64,000 nt of DNA from Syntrophales bacterium. GTDB lineage: Bacteria > Desulfobacterota > Syntrophia > Syntrophales > UBA8958. The stretch is taken from assembly GCA_026416455.1 (NCBI GenBank), contig JAOAFE010000009.1:6460-70459 (forward strand), given 5' to 3'. The notes below the pieces were generated by a model. The model was not told where the DNA came from, did no database searches, and saw only the letters and a program-made list of their open reading frames with translations. A program made the position numbers and the translations under genes. Within the stretch, counting starts at the first letter, position 1, and every line of letters begins with the position of its first letter. Shown in pieces: positions 10,056 through 19,646 of this stretch.

Positions 10056-11367
10056 AGAGCGGGTCTATTCTAGGTACTTACAAAAGAAGGGGGTGGCAAG
10101 GCAACTGTCAGCCTGGCAGGAATTATTAGGGAAACTCATCTCCGCCGAGGGGAAAGCGGAAGCTCTCGATGATATGTTGGTTTTGGACGTGAGTTATGCC
10201 AACTTTTCGGGGACGATTGCGGCCTCTTTCTTTGCCGAGGCGGGAGCGGAGGTAATCAAAGTAGAGCCGCCAGAAGGTGACCCGGCCCGAGTCATGACCC
10301 CTTTCGGTGTTCACGTTGATGGTGTGGGGATACCTTATCTCATGGAGTGTCGCAATAAGCGGCACATCACCCTCGATTTGGAGGAGGAAAAGGGAAGGGA
10401 AAACTTGAAGCGTCTCGCTTCGAAGGCTGATATTTTAATTGAGACCTTCGCTCCCGGCGAAATGGATGCCTGGGGTGTTGGGTATCGCCAGTTAAAAGAG
10501 ATGAATCCAAAACTTGTCTATATCGCCATTACTCCATACGGTCATTACACGGAAAAGGCGAAGGAGATGGCGAGGATACCTTGGTCGGATCTGACTTCTC
10601 AGGCGGAATCGGGACTGGCTGCCCTCGTGGGGGACCTTCCCGATGAGCCGGAACCCTACAACTGGCCGACAAGGGCCGGGTTTCTTGCCGCTGGTTACAC
10701 ATCGGCGGTAGCTGCCGCCTGTGGTGGACTAGTGGCAAGTTTTTTTGCCCGCCGGACTGGTCAAGGACAGATGGTGGATATAGCGGCGGCCGATGCCTAT
10801 GCCTCATGTGTAGGATTTCCTCCTACCATCGGTTATATATGGAAAAAACCCCGCTATCGATACGGTACCCTGGATTACGGGCTTTGTCCTTACGGCTTTT
10901 TTAAGTGTAAGGATGGCTATGTCGCCGTGGCGTGTTTTCGAGATCAAGATTTCAGGGCGGCCTTGAAGATTCTCGGTCTCTGGAAGATTGAGGAGGATTG
11001 GCGCACTCTACTCGATCGCATCACCGATGATATCGAAAAAGTGAAGGAATTAAACCATCTGGTGGAAGAAGCGGTATCCAAATTTACCTATCAGGAAATA
11101 TCCGAAAAATTTGCCCGTTACGCAGTTAAGGCGGCGCGCTCCAAGTGGCGGGGTGGAGGGCTGCCAGTGACGACAAAGATGATAAGTCCCCGTGAGGTCA
11201 CGGAGCAAGAGCACTGGCAAGTGAGGGGTACCTTTGCCCGTTTTGGTGTCGTTACCTTGCCGGTAACGGGTAAAATGTCCCGTACCCCTTTACGGGTCAA
11301 GTGGCTGTCAACCAAAATCGGGCAAGATAACGACTACATTTACGAAAAGTATAACCTTAAGCGGTAA
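10042..11367 (+). CDS. family III CoA-transferase paralogue
   Basis: GTG start. LVLDVSYANFSGTIAASFFAEAGAEVIKVEPPEGDP matches the same N-terminal motif. Overlaps the first transferase by 14 nt. Confidence 0.8.
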   Translation: MKSIKERVYSRYLQKKGVARQLSAWQELLGKLISAEGKAEALDDMLVLDVSYANFSGTIAASFFAEAGAEVIKVEPPEGDPARVMTPFGVHVDGVGIPYLMECRNKRHITLDLEEEKGRENLKRLASKADILIETFAPGEMDAWGVGYRQLKEMNPKLVYIAITPYGHYTEKAKEMARIPWSDLTSQAESGLAALVGDLPDEPEPYNWPTRAGFLAAGYTSAVAAACGGLVASFFARRTGQGQMVDIAAADAYASCVGFPPTIGYIWKKPRYRYGTLDYGLCPYGFFKCKDGYVAVACFRDQDFRAALKILGLWKIEEDWRTLLDRITDDIEKVKELNHLVEEAVSKFTYQEISEKFARYAVKAARSKWRGGGLPVTTKMISPREVTEQEHWQVRGTFARFGVVTLPVTGKMSRTPLRVKWLSTKIGQDNDYIYEKYNLKR

Positions 11368-11373
11368 ATACTT

Positions 11374-12324
11374 TTACCCTGGACATTCTACCACTTTTAG
11401 ACTTTGCGCCAAAAGTTGTGCTTCCCTTAGGGAAGGGATGCCAGCCCTTCCCCCCAGAGCCCGACAGGAGAGGGAAGCGACGGCGACGGAAAATTTTGTG
11501 GCCTCCGGAAGTGTGAAGCCCCGGCTTACAGCGAGGCTGAAGGCGGCATGAAAATTATCCCCTGCCCCCGTCGTATCCTTTACGTCCACCATCGGTGCGG
11601 GAACTTGAAAGAGGATACCGTCTGCTACAAAAAAAGCTCCTTCTTTCCCCCAGGTCACGACCAGTTGTCCCGATATTTTTGAGGAAAGAGATATAATTTC
11701 ACGAAAAAAAGTGCAGCGGTCGCCTCTCGCCTCGGGCGGGAAAAAATCTGCGCTGGGGATAAAAAAATCGGCCCAGTTCATCGCCTCCTCGACAGAAGGA
11801 TGCCATCGCTCACCATCGTAGACTATTTTCGTTTTAGAGCCGACGTAATCTTTCACCTCTCCTATGAGGTAAGTTGTCTCGGGATCCAGGAGAACGACGG
11901 ATGGAGGGGAAGAAAGTAGTTCTTTGAGCCGCGTCAACTCCAGCGGGGGCAGGTTGTTTTTTTCATAAAATATAGTTCGCTTACCCGACGCACGGGTAAT
12001 GAAGATATAGGCCGTAGGTGTTCTACCCCCCGGTATCACCTCGACCAAAGACGTGTCTACCTCGAAATCCCTGAGGCGCTTGAGACAAAAATACCCTTCT
12101 TTGTCATCCCCGACTTTGCCCCAATAAGCGACCTTACCCCCCAGTCGGGAGATGCAGCAGGCCGCCGTTCCCCCTTGGCCTCCCCCTTCGATGATTCTTT
12201 CGTACAGTGGGACTTTCGTGTCCTCTTCGGGGAAACGATCGATGATGGCTATAATGTCAACGCAACTCCTGCCTATGACAAGAACGTCGATCTGTCCTTT
12301 TCTACCTTTGTTCATCGCATGCAT
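11374..12324 (-). CDS. PfkB-family carbohydrate/nucleoside kinase
   Basis: VLVIGRSCVDII N-terminus, GGQGGTAA di-Gly lid motif and C-terminal DTTGAGDNFHAAF anion-hole motif of ribokinase-family kinases. The start could be the downstream Met at 12315. Confidence 0.8.
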   Translation of the reverse strand: MHAMNKGRKGQIDVLVIGRSCVDIIAIIDRFPEEDTKVPLYERIIEGGGQGGTAACCISRLGGKVAYWGKVGDDKEGYFCLKRLRDFEVDTSLVEVIPGGRTPTAYIFITRASGKRTIFYEKNNLPPLELTRLKELLSSPPSVVLLDPETTYLIGEVKDYVGSKTKIVYDGERWHPSVEEAMNWADFFIPSADFFPPEARGDRCTFFREIISLSSKISGQLVVTWGKEGAFFVADGILFQVPAPMVDVKDTTGAGDNFHAAFSLAVSRGFTLPEATKFSVAVASLSCRALGGRAGIPSLREAQLLAQSLKVVECPG

Positions 12325-13801
12325 AATCCTGCACGTGAATTTTTATTTTGCCCATAACTTTGCTCAGAGGGAGAAAGGATGACCAATCGGGTCCTTCCAC
12401 AAGCTTTATGTGAGTTGCATCCACCGGGACTTGACCAAAGGTAGGGTCCACAGGAATCCAACCCTGGACATAGCTTTCCGCCCAGCTGTGATAGAGAAAA
12501 CCCTGGCCTTCCACGTAGACGAGGCCTCCAACTAAGCGGGTGGGGATACCGAGGCTACGGGCGAGGGCGGTGAAGAGAAGGGTATGGGCCTGACACTCTC
12601 CTTTCTTCTTTTTTAGTACCTCGAGGGCGGAGAAGCTATCAGTTAGTTCGTGGGTGATTTCCTTCGATACCCAATGGGTTAGGGCGACTAATTTTTCTCT
12701 TTCGTCCCCCATATGCTTGGTAATTTCCCAAGCAACCCTCTTTATTTCTGGATGATGCACTTCGATTTGGGGATGGGAGGACAGGTATAAGGCGCGTACG
12801 TTGTCTGAGAGATCGCCCTCGGCGCTCGGCATCTTTATGTTCGTCCTTATGACGAGTCGGTCTTTATCTTTTTCCTCAATAACCTGCTGAGTTGGTCCTT
12901 GGGGGAGTTTTATCAATCCGCCCATTCCCGAGACAGACAGCGTGAGATTTTTGACCTGTCGTGGGCAGGTAATGGGCCGATCAGTTTTGATTAAGCTGAA
13001 ATCATAACCCAGATCTTTTTTAGCAAGACTTGCCTCTACCAAGTATTTTCTCGCCTCTTTCTCTGTTTCCCGATAGGTGATTAATATTCCCGCAGCGCCC
13101 CATTCCATTTCCGTTTCGCCGGACGTATTGATCCAAGTTGTGGCTGAAAAACCTTCCATTTCCGTCTCTATGCGGAATGACGGTGCGAGTCCTAATCGCG
13201 GTGCCTTTTCGTAGCCCGTTACTTTTTGCTCTACTTCATAGAGATGAACGGTCTGAGGTTCGAAAACGGAGTAGCGATATTCTTTTCCCACCGCCAGTCC
13301 ATGGACGACGGGGTATAGATTGATTATACTCGCCGGATAAACCCTTCCCTTGGCCGAGAGTTTTGAATCTTTTTCCCATCCTGGTCCTTTTGTGTTTAGA
13401 TAAATACATTCGCCTTCTTTTCTGCCAGTCATCTCCAGTTCGCTTTCGTCTATTTTTTGGAAATAGCGAAAAGATTTTAACGTCAAATCTTCGCCTATGG
13501 TATCTTCGGCTTCTATTTTTACGTGTCGCTTTAAACCGAGGAAACGCAGCGTCAGGCACATCTCTCCTTGCAACAGGTAGGCCTCCCTCTCGGGGCGCGA
13601 TAAGAGAGAAAGCCTAGAGAATCCCACTTTCTCGCCGTTAAAAACAATTCCATACCACCATTCTTTATTCGCCAGGGCCCGTAGAGAGTCTATTTTGACC
13701 GGATGCCTGGGAGGGGCCAGGGTTTCAAAATATAAATTGGCGCAGGAAGACAAAGGGATTGCAATTACGCCAAGAAGAAGGGTAAGAGAAAGCCTTTTCA
13801 T
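12302..13801 (-). CDS. transglutaminase-like lipoprotein
   Basis: Start moved to the internal Met giving MKRLSLTLLLGVIAIPLSSC (lipobox). The C-terminal domain has the transglutaminase core GECQAHTLLFTALARSLGIPTRLVGG...YHSWAESY...PVDPT (Cys/His/Asp). Confidence 0.75.
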   Translation of the reverse strand: MKRLSLTLLLGVIAIPLSSCANLYFETLAPPRHPVKIDSLRALANKEWWYGIVFNGEKVGFSRLSLLSRPEREAYLLQGEMCLTLRFLGLKRHVKIEAEDTIGEDLTLKSFRYFQKIDESELEMTGRKEGECIYLNTKGPGWEKDSKLSAKGRVYPASIINLYPVVHGLAVGKEYRYSVFEPQTVHLYEVEQKVTGYEKAPRLGLAPSFRIETEMEGFSATTWINTSGETEMEWGAAGILITYRETEKEARKYLVEASLAKKDLGYDFSLIKTDRPITCPRQVKNLTLSVSGMGGLIKLPQGPTQQVIEEKDKDRLVIRTNIKMPSAEGDLSDNVRALYLSSHPQIEVHHPEIKRVAWEITKHMGDEREKLVALTHWVSKEITHELTDSFSALEVLKKKKGECQAHTLLFTALARSLGIPTRLVGGLVYVEGQGFLYHSWAESYVQGWIPVDPTFGQVPVDATHIKLVEGPDWSSFLPLSKVMGKIKIHVQDYACDEQR

Positions 13802-13911
13802 GGGAAAAGAATACAATCGCTGCAAGACACCGTCAAGATAAACCCTTTGACAACTGTGCTTAAGCGATATAGAAAGGCACAACTTTTATTTCTAAGGTTT
13901 TTTGTAGTCCC

Positions 13912-14538
13912 ATGACGTACGAAAAAAATCGTTATGAATTAGAGTTAAAGTATCCTCTTATCCTCGCTTCGGCTTCACCGAGAAGGGAAGAGCTTTTGCG
14001 TAAGTTGGGGTTCGACTTCTCTATCATTCCTTCTGGAATAGAGGAAGTCAATCATACCGACGGTGATCCGACGGAACATGTCATTTCCCTTTCGGCTGCG
14101 AAAGCGGGAAAAGTGGCCGAACACTACAGGGACTTTCTCATTTTGGGGGCAGACACGATCGTGGTCATAGACGGCCACATCCTGGGGAAGCCCAGTAACC
14201 GAGTAGAGGCAGTAGCCATGCTAAGGAAATTGAGCGGCCGAGAACACGAAGTATTTACGGGCTTTACCGTTTGTGTCCCCCAGGAAGAGTTTCAATGTTC
14301 AGAGGTCGTCAGGTCGGTGGTTAAGTTCCATAACTTGACGGAGCCGGAAATCGAGTGGTACGCCTCGACTGAGGAGCCTTATGATAAGGCCGGTGCCTAT
14401 GCGGTTCAGGGAAAGGGAGCCATTTTTATCGAAAGAATTAATGGTTCCTACACGAATGTGATGGGACTTCCCATCGGCGAAGTGGTAAAATGCCTGGTAA
14501 GAGAAAATTTTTTAACTTTCCAGAAAAAGTGCCGATAA
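13912..14538 (+). CDS. maf: Maf-like nucleoside triphosphate pyrophosphatase
   Basis: ILASASPRREELL..., GADTIVV..., KAGAYAVQG motifs. Confidence 0.9.
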   Translation: MTYEKNRYELELKYPLILASASPRREELLRKLGFDFSIIPSGIEEVNHTDGDPTEHVISLSAAKAGKVAEHYRDFLILGADTIVVIDGHILGKPSNRVEAVAMLRKLSGREHEVFTGFTVCVPQEEFQCSEVVRSVVKFHNLTEPEIEWYASTEEPYDKAGAYAVQGKGAIFIERINGSYTNVMGLPIGEVVKCLVRENFLTFQKKCR

Positions 14539-14542
14539 ACAT

Positions 14543-15241
14543 ATGAGTAAAGAAAGTCCGATTAAGGAGAACGTGGCACAGATAAGAAAAAGAATATGCG
14601 AAGCGGCATGTCGAGCTGGGCGGGACCCGGGGGAAGTTAAACTGATGGCCGTAACTAAGACGGTTTCTCCGGATCGCGTCCTTGAGGCCATTGAAGCGGG
14701 AGTGGATTTATTGGGAGAAAGCTACGTGCAAGAGGCGAGAGCAAAAATATCTTCTCTCGGCCGGGTGCGGCCTTGGCATCTGGTGGGCCATCTGCAGACG
14801 AACAAGGCAAAATACGCCGTTGCCATGTTCGACATGATCCATTCCATAGATAGAATAGAAATAGCCCAGGCCCTGCATGAGAGATGCCTTAAAGAAGGGA
14901 GAAAATTGGATGTGCTCATCGAAGTCAATGTCAGTGGAGAAGTGACCAAATGGGGTGTGTCGCCAGATGGATTGATCAAACTCATAAAAGACGTATCTCA
15001 CCTGAAGACCCTATCCGTGAAGGGACTCATGACTATGGCCCCTTGGTTTCAAGACCCAGAGAAGGCAAGGCCGATTTTCGCTACTTTGAGGTGCTTGAGC
15101 GAACAGGTAGATAAGGAGAACATAGAAGGAGTAGAAATGAAGGAACTTTCGATGGGCATGTCGGACGATTTCGAAGTGGCAGTGGAAGAAGGAGCAACGA
15201 TTGTAAGAATTGGTCGGGCCATCTTTGGAGAGCGGACTTAA
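14543..15241 (+). CDS. yggS: YggS-family pyridoxal-phosphate homeostasis protein
   Basis: KLMAVTKTV (PLP lysine), WHLVGHLQTNK, LSMGMSDDFEVAVEEGATIVRIG. Confidence 0.9.
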   Translation: MSKESPIKENVAQIRKRICEAACRAGRDPGEVKLMAVTKTVSPDRVLEAIEAGVDLLGESYVQEARAKISSLGRVRPWHLVGHLQTNKAKYAVAMFDMIHSIDRIEIAQALHERCLKEGRKLDVLIEVNVSGEVTKWGVSPDGLIKLIKDVSHLKTLSVKGLMTMAPWFQDPEKARPIFATLRCLSEQVDKENIEGVEMKELSMGMSDDFEVAVEEGATIVRIGRAIFGERT

Positions 15242-15271
15242 ACGGCAGGAGACAATGAGGGTCGATAGATC

Positions 15272-17353
15272 ATGGCTTCATCAAGGATTGATGACTGCAT
15301 AAAAAATTTCAAGAGGCTGCCGGTACTTCCGGCCATTTTGGCCCGTTTGATGGAGGCCTGCAATGACGAAAATGTCAGCCTTCATGAAATTGCCTCCCTC
15401 ATTGCGACCGACCCGGGGCTTACGAGCCGGGTGCTTTTTTTGGCCAACTCGGCTTACTATGGAGGATATCAGCGCATAGAGCACATAGATCAGGCTGTTT
15501 TCCGTCTCGGGAAAAAGACGCTCAAGAGTGTCGTCATGAGTGCCGCTGTACATCAGGTGTTTAAAGGGTATAACGGCTATGGTGAGGAAGCGCTAAAGAA
15601 TTTCTGGCGTCATTCTCTTCTCACCGCCTTGATTGCGAAAGGAATTGCAGAACGGACGAAGCTGGAAGATTCGGATCATGCTTTTTTCAGCGGCTTAGTT
15701 CACGATATAGGCAGGCTTGTTCTGGCTGCCAATTTTCCGGAAGAGTACAAGAATTTTCTCGAGCTCGATGGTTGTGAGCATAGTGTTCTCCTTGAAGAAG
15801 AAGCAAAACTGGCAGCAACCCATGCTGAAGTAGCAGCCTGGTTGCTTGACCAATGGAAAGTTGATCCGCTTATCGTTGATGCGGTCCTTTATCACCATGA
15901 AACCTTGGAAAGGGTAGCCGGTGCCTTTCCTTTGGTGAAGGTCATCTATTCGGCCAATATACTGGCCAGAATGACGGAATCACATGGTGTAAGGTGTGAC
16001 CGTGTCATGTCTCTCCTGGGCCTGACCATGGAGGATACCTCGGATATCGTCATTAAAGCGGAAGAAGAGTTAGACGAAATGGCCCGTAGTCTGGGTCTCG
16101 AGATCAGTGCGCCCGTTGTAAAGATTAGAGAGGGAGTCGAGGACATGGCCCATCTGTTTGCGACGATGGAGGCCATTGTCACGGCGAAAGACGAACAGGA
16201 GATAATAAACGCCATATACGAGGGAATACGTGTTCTCTGCGATGTGCGAGAGGCTATTTTGCTCATTTACGATGGGGAAGGAAAAAATCTAATCAGTTAC
16301 GGAGACCCATTTTCTAGGACTTTGAGCATTCCCGCCCCTCAAGTGCAGGGCATGATTAAGAAGTGTTTAGAAAGTAGGAAAATTATCTCTTCCTATGACG
16401 TTTCTCCTCCCGACAGGTCCCTCATGGATGAACAACTCATCAGGCGATTAGGAAAAGGAGATATGGTGCTGGTACCTCTCTGCGCCTTGGGGTCCCAGAT
16501 AGGCCTAATTGCCTTTGGTGTCGAAAAGAGGGAAAAAGGTTTGCTGGAGAGGACGAAATCCCTCCTCGGACTCCTTTCTTCTGTCTCTGCCTCGGCGCTC
16601 AAGGTAGAGAGGATGAAACGGGAAGAGGAAAGGAAAATCCAAGAAGAAAGACTGAAGGCCATTCACAATCTCATGCGCCGCATTGCCCACGAGATTAATA
16701 ATCCCTTAAGTATTATAAAAAATTTCCTCTCCATTTTGAGCTCTCGCCTAGAAGGGCACCAAGAGGTGGAAAAAGAAATACGTATTATCAAGGAAGAGAT
16801 TGACCGCATCACTCGCATTTTGCCTGAATTATCGGTGAGTGGTGAAAAGAAGCCTCGGCCGAAGACAGTTATAGATATAAATGCCTTGATCGAAGAAATG
16901 ATTCGGATTATAAGTCCCGTCTCAAGTAGCCAGGGAGTTCAGATTAAGGTAAAAACGTATCCCCTCTTGCCGGAGATCTATGGCGACCGTGATGGTATCA
17001 AGCAGATTCTCATTAATTTGGTGAAAAATGCCGTAGAGGCGCTGGAAAGAGGAGGAGAGATAGAGATAGAAACGAGATTGGAGTCTGTCCGGGGGTCCTT
17101 GGGTATAAACAATGGCATGTCTCACGTGGTTATAGAAATTTCTGACAACGGACCGGGTATACCGGAACACATTCAGAGGTCCCTTTTCGAGCCCTGTGTG
17201 AGTACGAAAGGGAAGGGACACGCGGGTCTCGGTCTATCGGTAGCCTATCAACAGGGGAAGGAGCACGGAGGCCAGATAGATTGCATAAGCAAGACGGGCG
17301 TCGGCACCAAGTTCATCGTGCGTCTGCCCGTGGCAAATAAAAGAGGAGGATAA
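15272..17353 (+). CDS. sensor histidine kinase with N-terminal HDOD domain and a GAF-like domain
   Basis: HDOD pattern LPVLPAILARLMEA...IATDPGLTSRVLFLANSAYYG. H-box RIAHEINNPLSII. HATPase N/G boxes LVKNAVEA, DNGPGIP, GLGLSVA. Confidence 0.85.
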   Translation: MASSRIDDCIKNFKRLPVLPAILARLMEACNDENVSLHEIASLIATDPGLTSRVLFLANSAYYGGYQRIEHIDQAVFRLGKKTLKSVVMSAAVHQVFKGYNGYGEEALKNFWRHSLLTALIAKGIAERTKLEDSDHAFFSGLVHDIGRLVLAANFPEEYKNFLELDGCEHSVLLEEEAKLAATHAEVAAWLLDQWKVDPLIVDAVLYHHETLERVAGAFPLVKVIYSANILARMTESHGVRCDRVMSLLGLTMEDTSDIVIKAEEELDEMARSLGLEISAPVVKIREGVEDMAHLFATMEAIVTAKDEQEIINAIYEGIRVLCDVREAILLIYDGEGKNLISYGDPFSRTLSIPAPQVQGMIKKCLESRKIISSYDVSPPDRSLMDEQLIRRLGKGDMVLVPLCALGSQIGLIAFGVEKREKGLLERTKSLLGLLSSVSASALKVERMKREEERKIQEERLKAIHNLMRRIAHEINNPLSIIKNFLSILSSRLEGHQEVEKEIRIIKEEIDRITRILPELSVSGEKKPRPKTVIDINALIEEMIRIISPVSSSQGVQIKVKTYPLLPEIYGDRDGIKQILINLVKNAVEALERGGEIEIETRLESVRGSLGINNGMSHVVIEISDNGPGIPEHIQRSLFEPCVSTKGKGHAGLGLSVAYQQGKEHGGQIDCISKTGVGTKFIVRLPVANKRGG

Positions 17354-17369
17354 GTAGGTAGGAGGGGCC

Positions 17370-18947
17370 ATGGATAGGGCACGTTTAGTAGTGGTGGATG
17401 ATGAAGAGCGGTTGTGTGAAAGTCTGGACATTCTCCTGACGGGAAAGGGATATGAGGTCAAATCTTTTGCGGATCCACGAGAGGCATTGCATTATGTGCA
17501 GAACGACAGTTGCGATCTTGTCCTTCTTGACCTCATTATGCCGGACATAGACGGCTATTCAGTCCTTTCTTATATCAAAAAGATCATGCCCGATTTGCCC
17601 GTTATAATTATGACGGCTCAGGGATCGGCCGAGTATGCCGTGAAGGCTTTAAAAAGTGGGGCGGAAGACTACATTTGTAAGCCCTTCGAGATAGAAGAAC
17701 TTTGCCGTCGCATTGAAAATGCGTTGGAAAAGAAGCAACTTCATCAGAAGTACTCTGTTGTGGCAGGTAAATTAGCGATAACAGAGGCTCAATTGCGACA
17801 GGCCCAAAAAATGGAGGCGATTGCGACCTTGGCAGGGGGTATTGCCCATGACTTTAACAATATTCTCATGGGATTACAGGGTCACCTGTCCATTCTTAAA
17901 CATCAGTTGGGAGAGAGTAATCCTTTTGCCTCACGACTTCAAAACATGGAAAAGCTCATCGAAAGTGGATCTAAGTTGACGAGTCAACTGCTGGGATACG
18001 CAAGAAGGGGACGCTACGAGGTGCGACCACTCAATTTGAATGACGTGGTGCAACTGACGGCCGAGACTTTTAAACAGTTAAGAAAAGACATTGTTGTCCA
18101 GCTAGAATTAGGGGAATCGATTTCTCTCATCGAGGCTGATGCCAGCCAAATGGAGCAGGTGCTTATGAATCTTCTTGTCAATGCAGCTGACGCAATGCCT
18201 GAAGGAGGCCATGTATTCATAAAAACGGAAGAAACCCAAGTCACCTCAACGGAACACATGCATTTCCCTATAAAACCGGGGAGATATGTGCTTATGTCTG
18301 TCCGGGACGAAGGTATAGGCATGGATGCGGCAACGAAAGAGAGGATATTCGAGCCCTTCTTCACCACCAAAGAGATGGGGCGTGGTACGGGATTAGGTCT
18401 TGCTTCTGTCTATGGTATCGTAAAGGGTCATAACGGATACATAGATGTGAAATCGCAAGTTGGTAAAGGTACGACTTTTTACATCTATTTCCCGATCACA
18501 AAAAAACAGGTTAAGAGGGGGAATGCACACCACCAACAGGAGGTAATAAATGGTGGGGGAGTTATCTTATTTGTCGATGATGAAGAAGAGATTGTCAAGG
18601 TGGGGAAGACCATTCTAGAGATTCTAGGGTTCAAGGTAATCTGTGCTGGCGGTGGGGAGGAGGCCCTAAAGCTATATGATCAGTACCAGGATGAAATTGA
18701 TTTGGTTATTCTTGATGTAGTCATGCCGGGATTGAGTGGTTCGGTCGTCTTCAACCGCCTGAAGGAAAAAAATCCCCTCCTTCCCATTCTTCTCATATCT
18801 GGCTACAGCTGGGATCGAGAGGCGACCGCCAAGATCGTCACGAAGGCAGATGGTTTCCTCCAGAAGCCTTTTAGAATAGAGGACCTTTCACAGGTCATAA
18901 AAAAGATTCTCAGTAAAAAAGCAGAACGCGTAGCCATCAGCAATTGA
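17370..18947 (+). CDS. hybrid histidine kinase (REC-HisKA-HATPase-REC)
   Basis: N-terminal receiver (VVVDDEE...LVLLDLIMPDIDG...KPF). H-box GIAHDFNNIL. GTGLGLASVYGIV. Second receiver (ILFVDDEEE...LVILDVVMPGLSG...KPF). Confidence 0.85.
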   Translation: MDRARLVVVDDEERLCESLDILLTGKGYEVKSFADPREALHYVQNDSCDLVLLDLIMPDIDGYSVLSYIKKIMPDLPVIIMTAQGSAEYAVKALKSGAEDYICKPFEIEELCRRIENALEKKQLHQKYSVVAGKLAITEAQLRQAQKMEAIATLAGGIAHDFNNILMGLQGHLSILKHQLGESNPFASRLQNMEKLIESGSKLTSQLLGYARRGRYEVRPLNLNDVVQLTAETFKQLRKDIVVQLELGESISLIEADASQMEQVLMNLLVNAADAMPEGGHVFIKTEETQVTSTEHMHFPIKPGRYVLMSVRDEGIGMDAATKERIFEPFFTTKEMGRGTGLGLASVYGIVKGHNGYIDVKSQVGKGTTFYIYFPITKKQVKRGNAHHQQEVINGGGVILFVDDEEEIVKVGKTILEILGFKVICAGGGEEALKLYDQYQDEIDLVILDVVMPGLSGSVVFNRLKEKNPLLPILLISGYSWDREATAKIVTKADGFLQKPFRIEDLSQVIKKILSKKAERVAISN

Positions 18948-19010
18948 GCCATCGTTGATTTATTTTCCCTTCTATGTTAGAGGAGGCCCAGTACTGTCCG
19001 GGAGGAAGCC

Positions 19011-19640
19011 ATGCTGATAAGACAACTTGAAGTGGGTGCGATGGCGGTCTTTGCTTACTTGGTCGGCGATGAGGAAACAAAGGAAGCCCTGGTGATTGAT
19101 CCGGCCGCGGAGGCGGACACAATTTTGAAGGAGGCAAGATCTCTCGGTCTAAATATAAAGAAGATTGTAAATACTCACGGTCATGTGGATCACATCGGTG
19201 CCAACGGGGAGGTAAAAAAGAAAACGGGAGCCGAAATTATCATCCATGAGAGGGATGCCTCTTTGCTGACCTCAACGCCTGCCCTTTACTATAGAATGTT
19301 CGGGGCCAAACCATCCCCGCCGGCGGATAAAACGGTCAAGGATGGCGAAATGATCAAGGTAGGGAATCTAACCCTTGCGGTTATCCATACGCCCGGCCAT
19401 ACGCCGGGTAGCATCTGTCTCTACGTGGATCACATGGTCTTTACTGGCGATACGCTTTTTGTCGGTTCTGTAGGTCGTACGGACTTGCCGGGCGGTTCCT
19501 GGGCAGAGCTCCACCGTTCTCTGATGGAAAAGCTCGCTCGGCTTCCGGATGATACGCGGGTTATGCCGGGGCATAATTACGGGCCTACGCCCGTTTCGAC
19601 GATCGGTTATGAGAAAAAACACAATCCTTTCATGGAGTAG
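19011..19640 (+). CDS. MBL-fold metallo-hydrolase (glyoxalase II-like)
   Basis: THGHVDH metal motif, HTPGHTPGS, TGDTLF, PGHNYG. Confidence 0.85.
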   Translation: MLIRQLEVGAMAVFAYLVGDEETKEALVIDPAAEADTILKEARSLGLNIKKIVNTHGHVDHIGANGEVKKKTGAEIIIHERDASLLTSTPALYYRMFGAKPSPPADKTVKDGEMIKVGNLTLAVIHTPGHTPGSICLYVDHMVFTGDTLFVGSVGRTDLPGGSWAELHRSLMEKLARLPDDTRVMPGHNYGPTPVSTIGYEKKHNPFME

Positions 19641-19646
19641 AGAGCT

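Noticed and set aside
13257-13265. tRNA T-loop-like strings: GGTTCGAAA at 13257, and GGTTCGAGTTC at 34741.
   Set aside because: Both lie inside well-supported coding regions. Neither has the flanking acceptor or anticodon stem complementarity needed for a tRNA.
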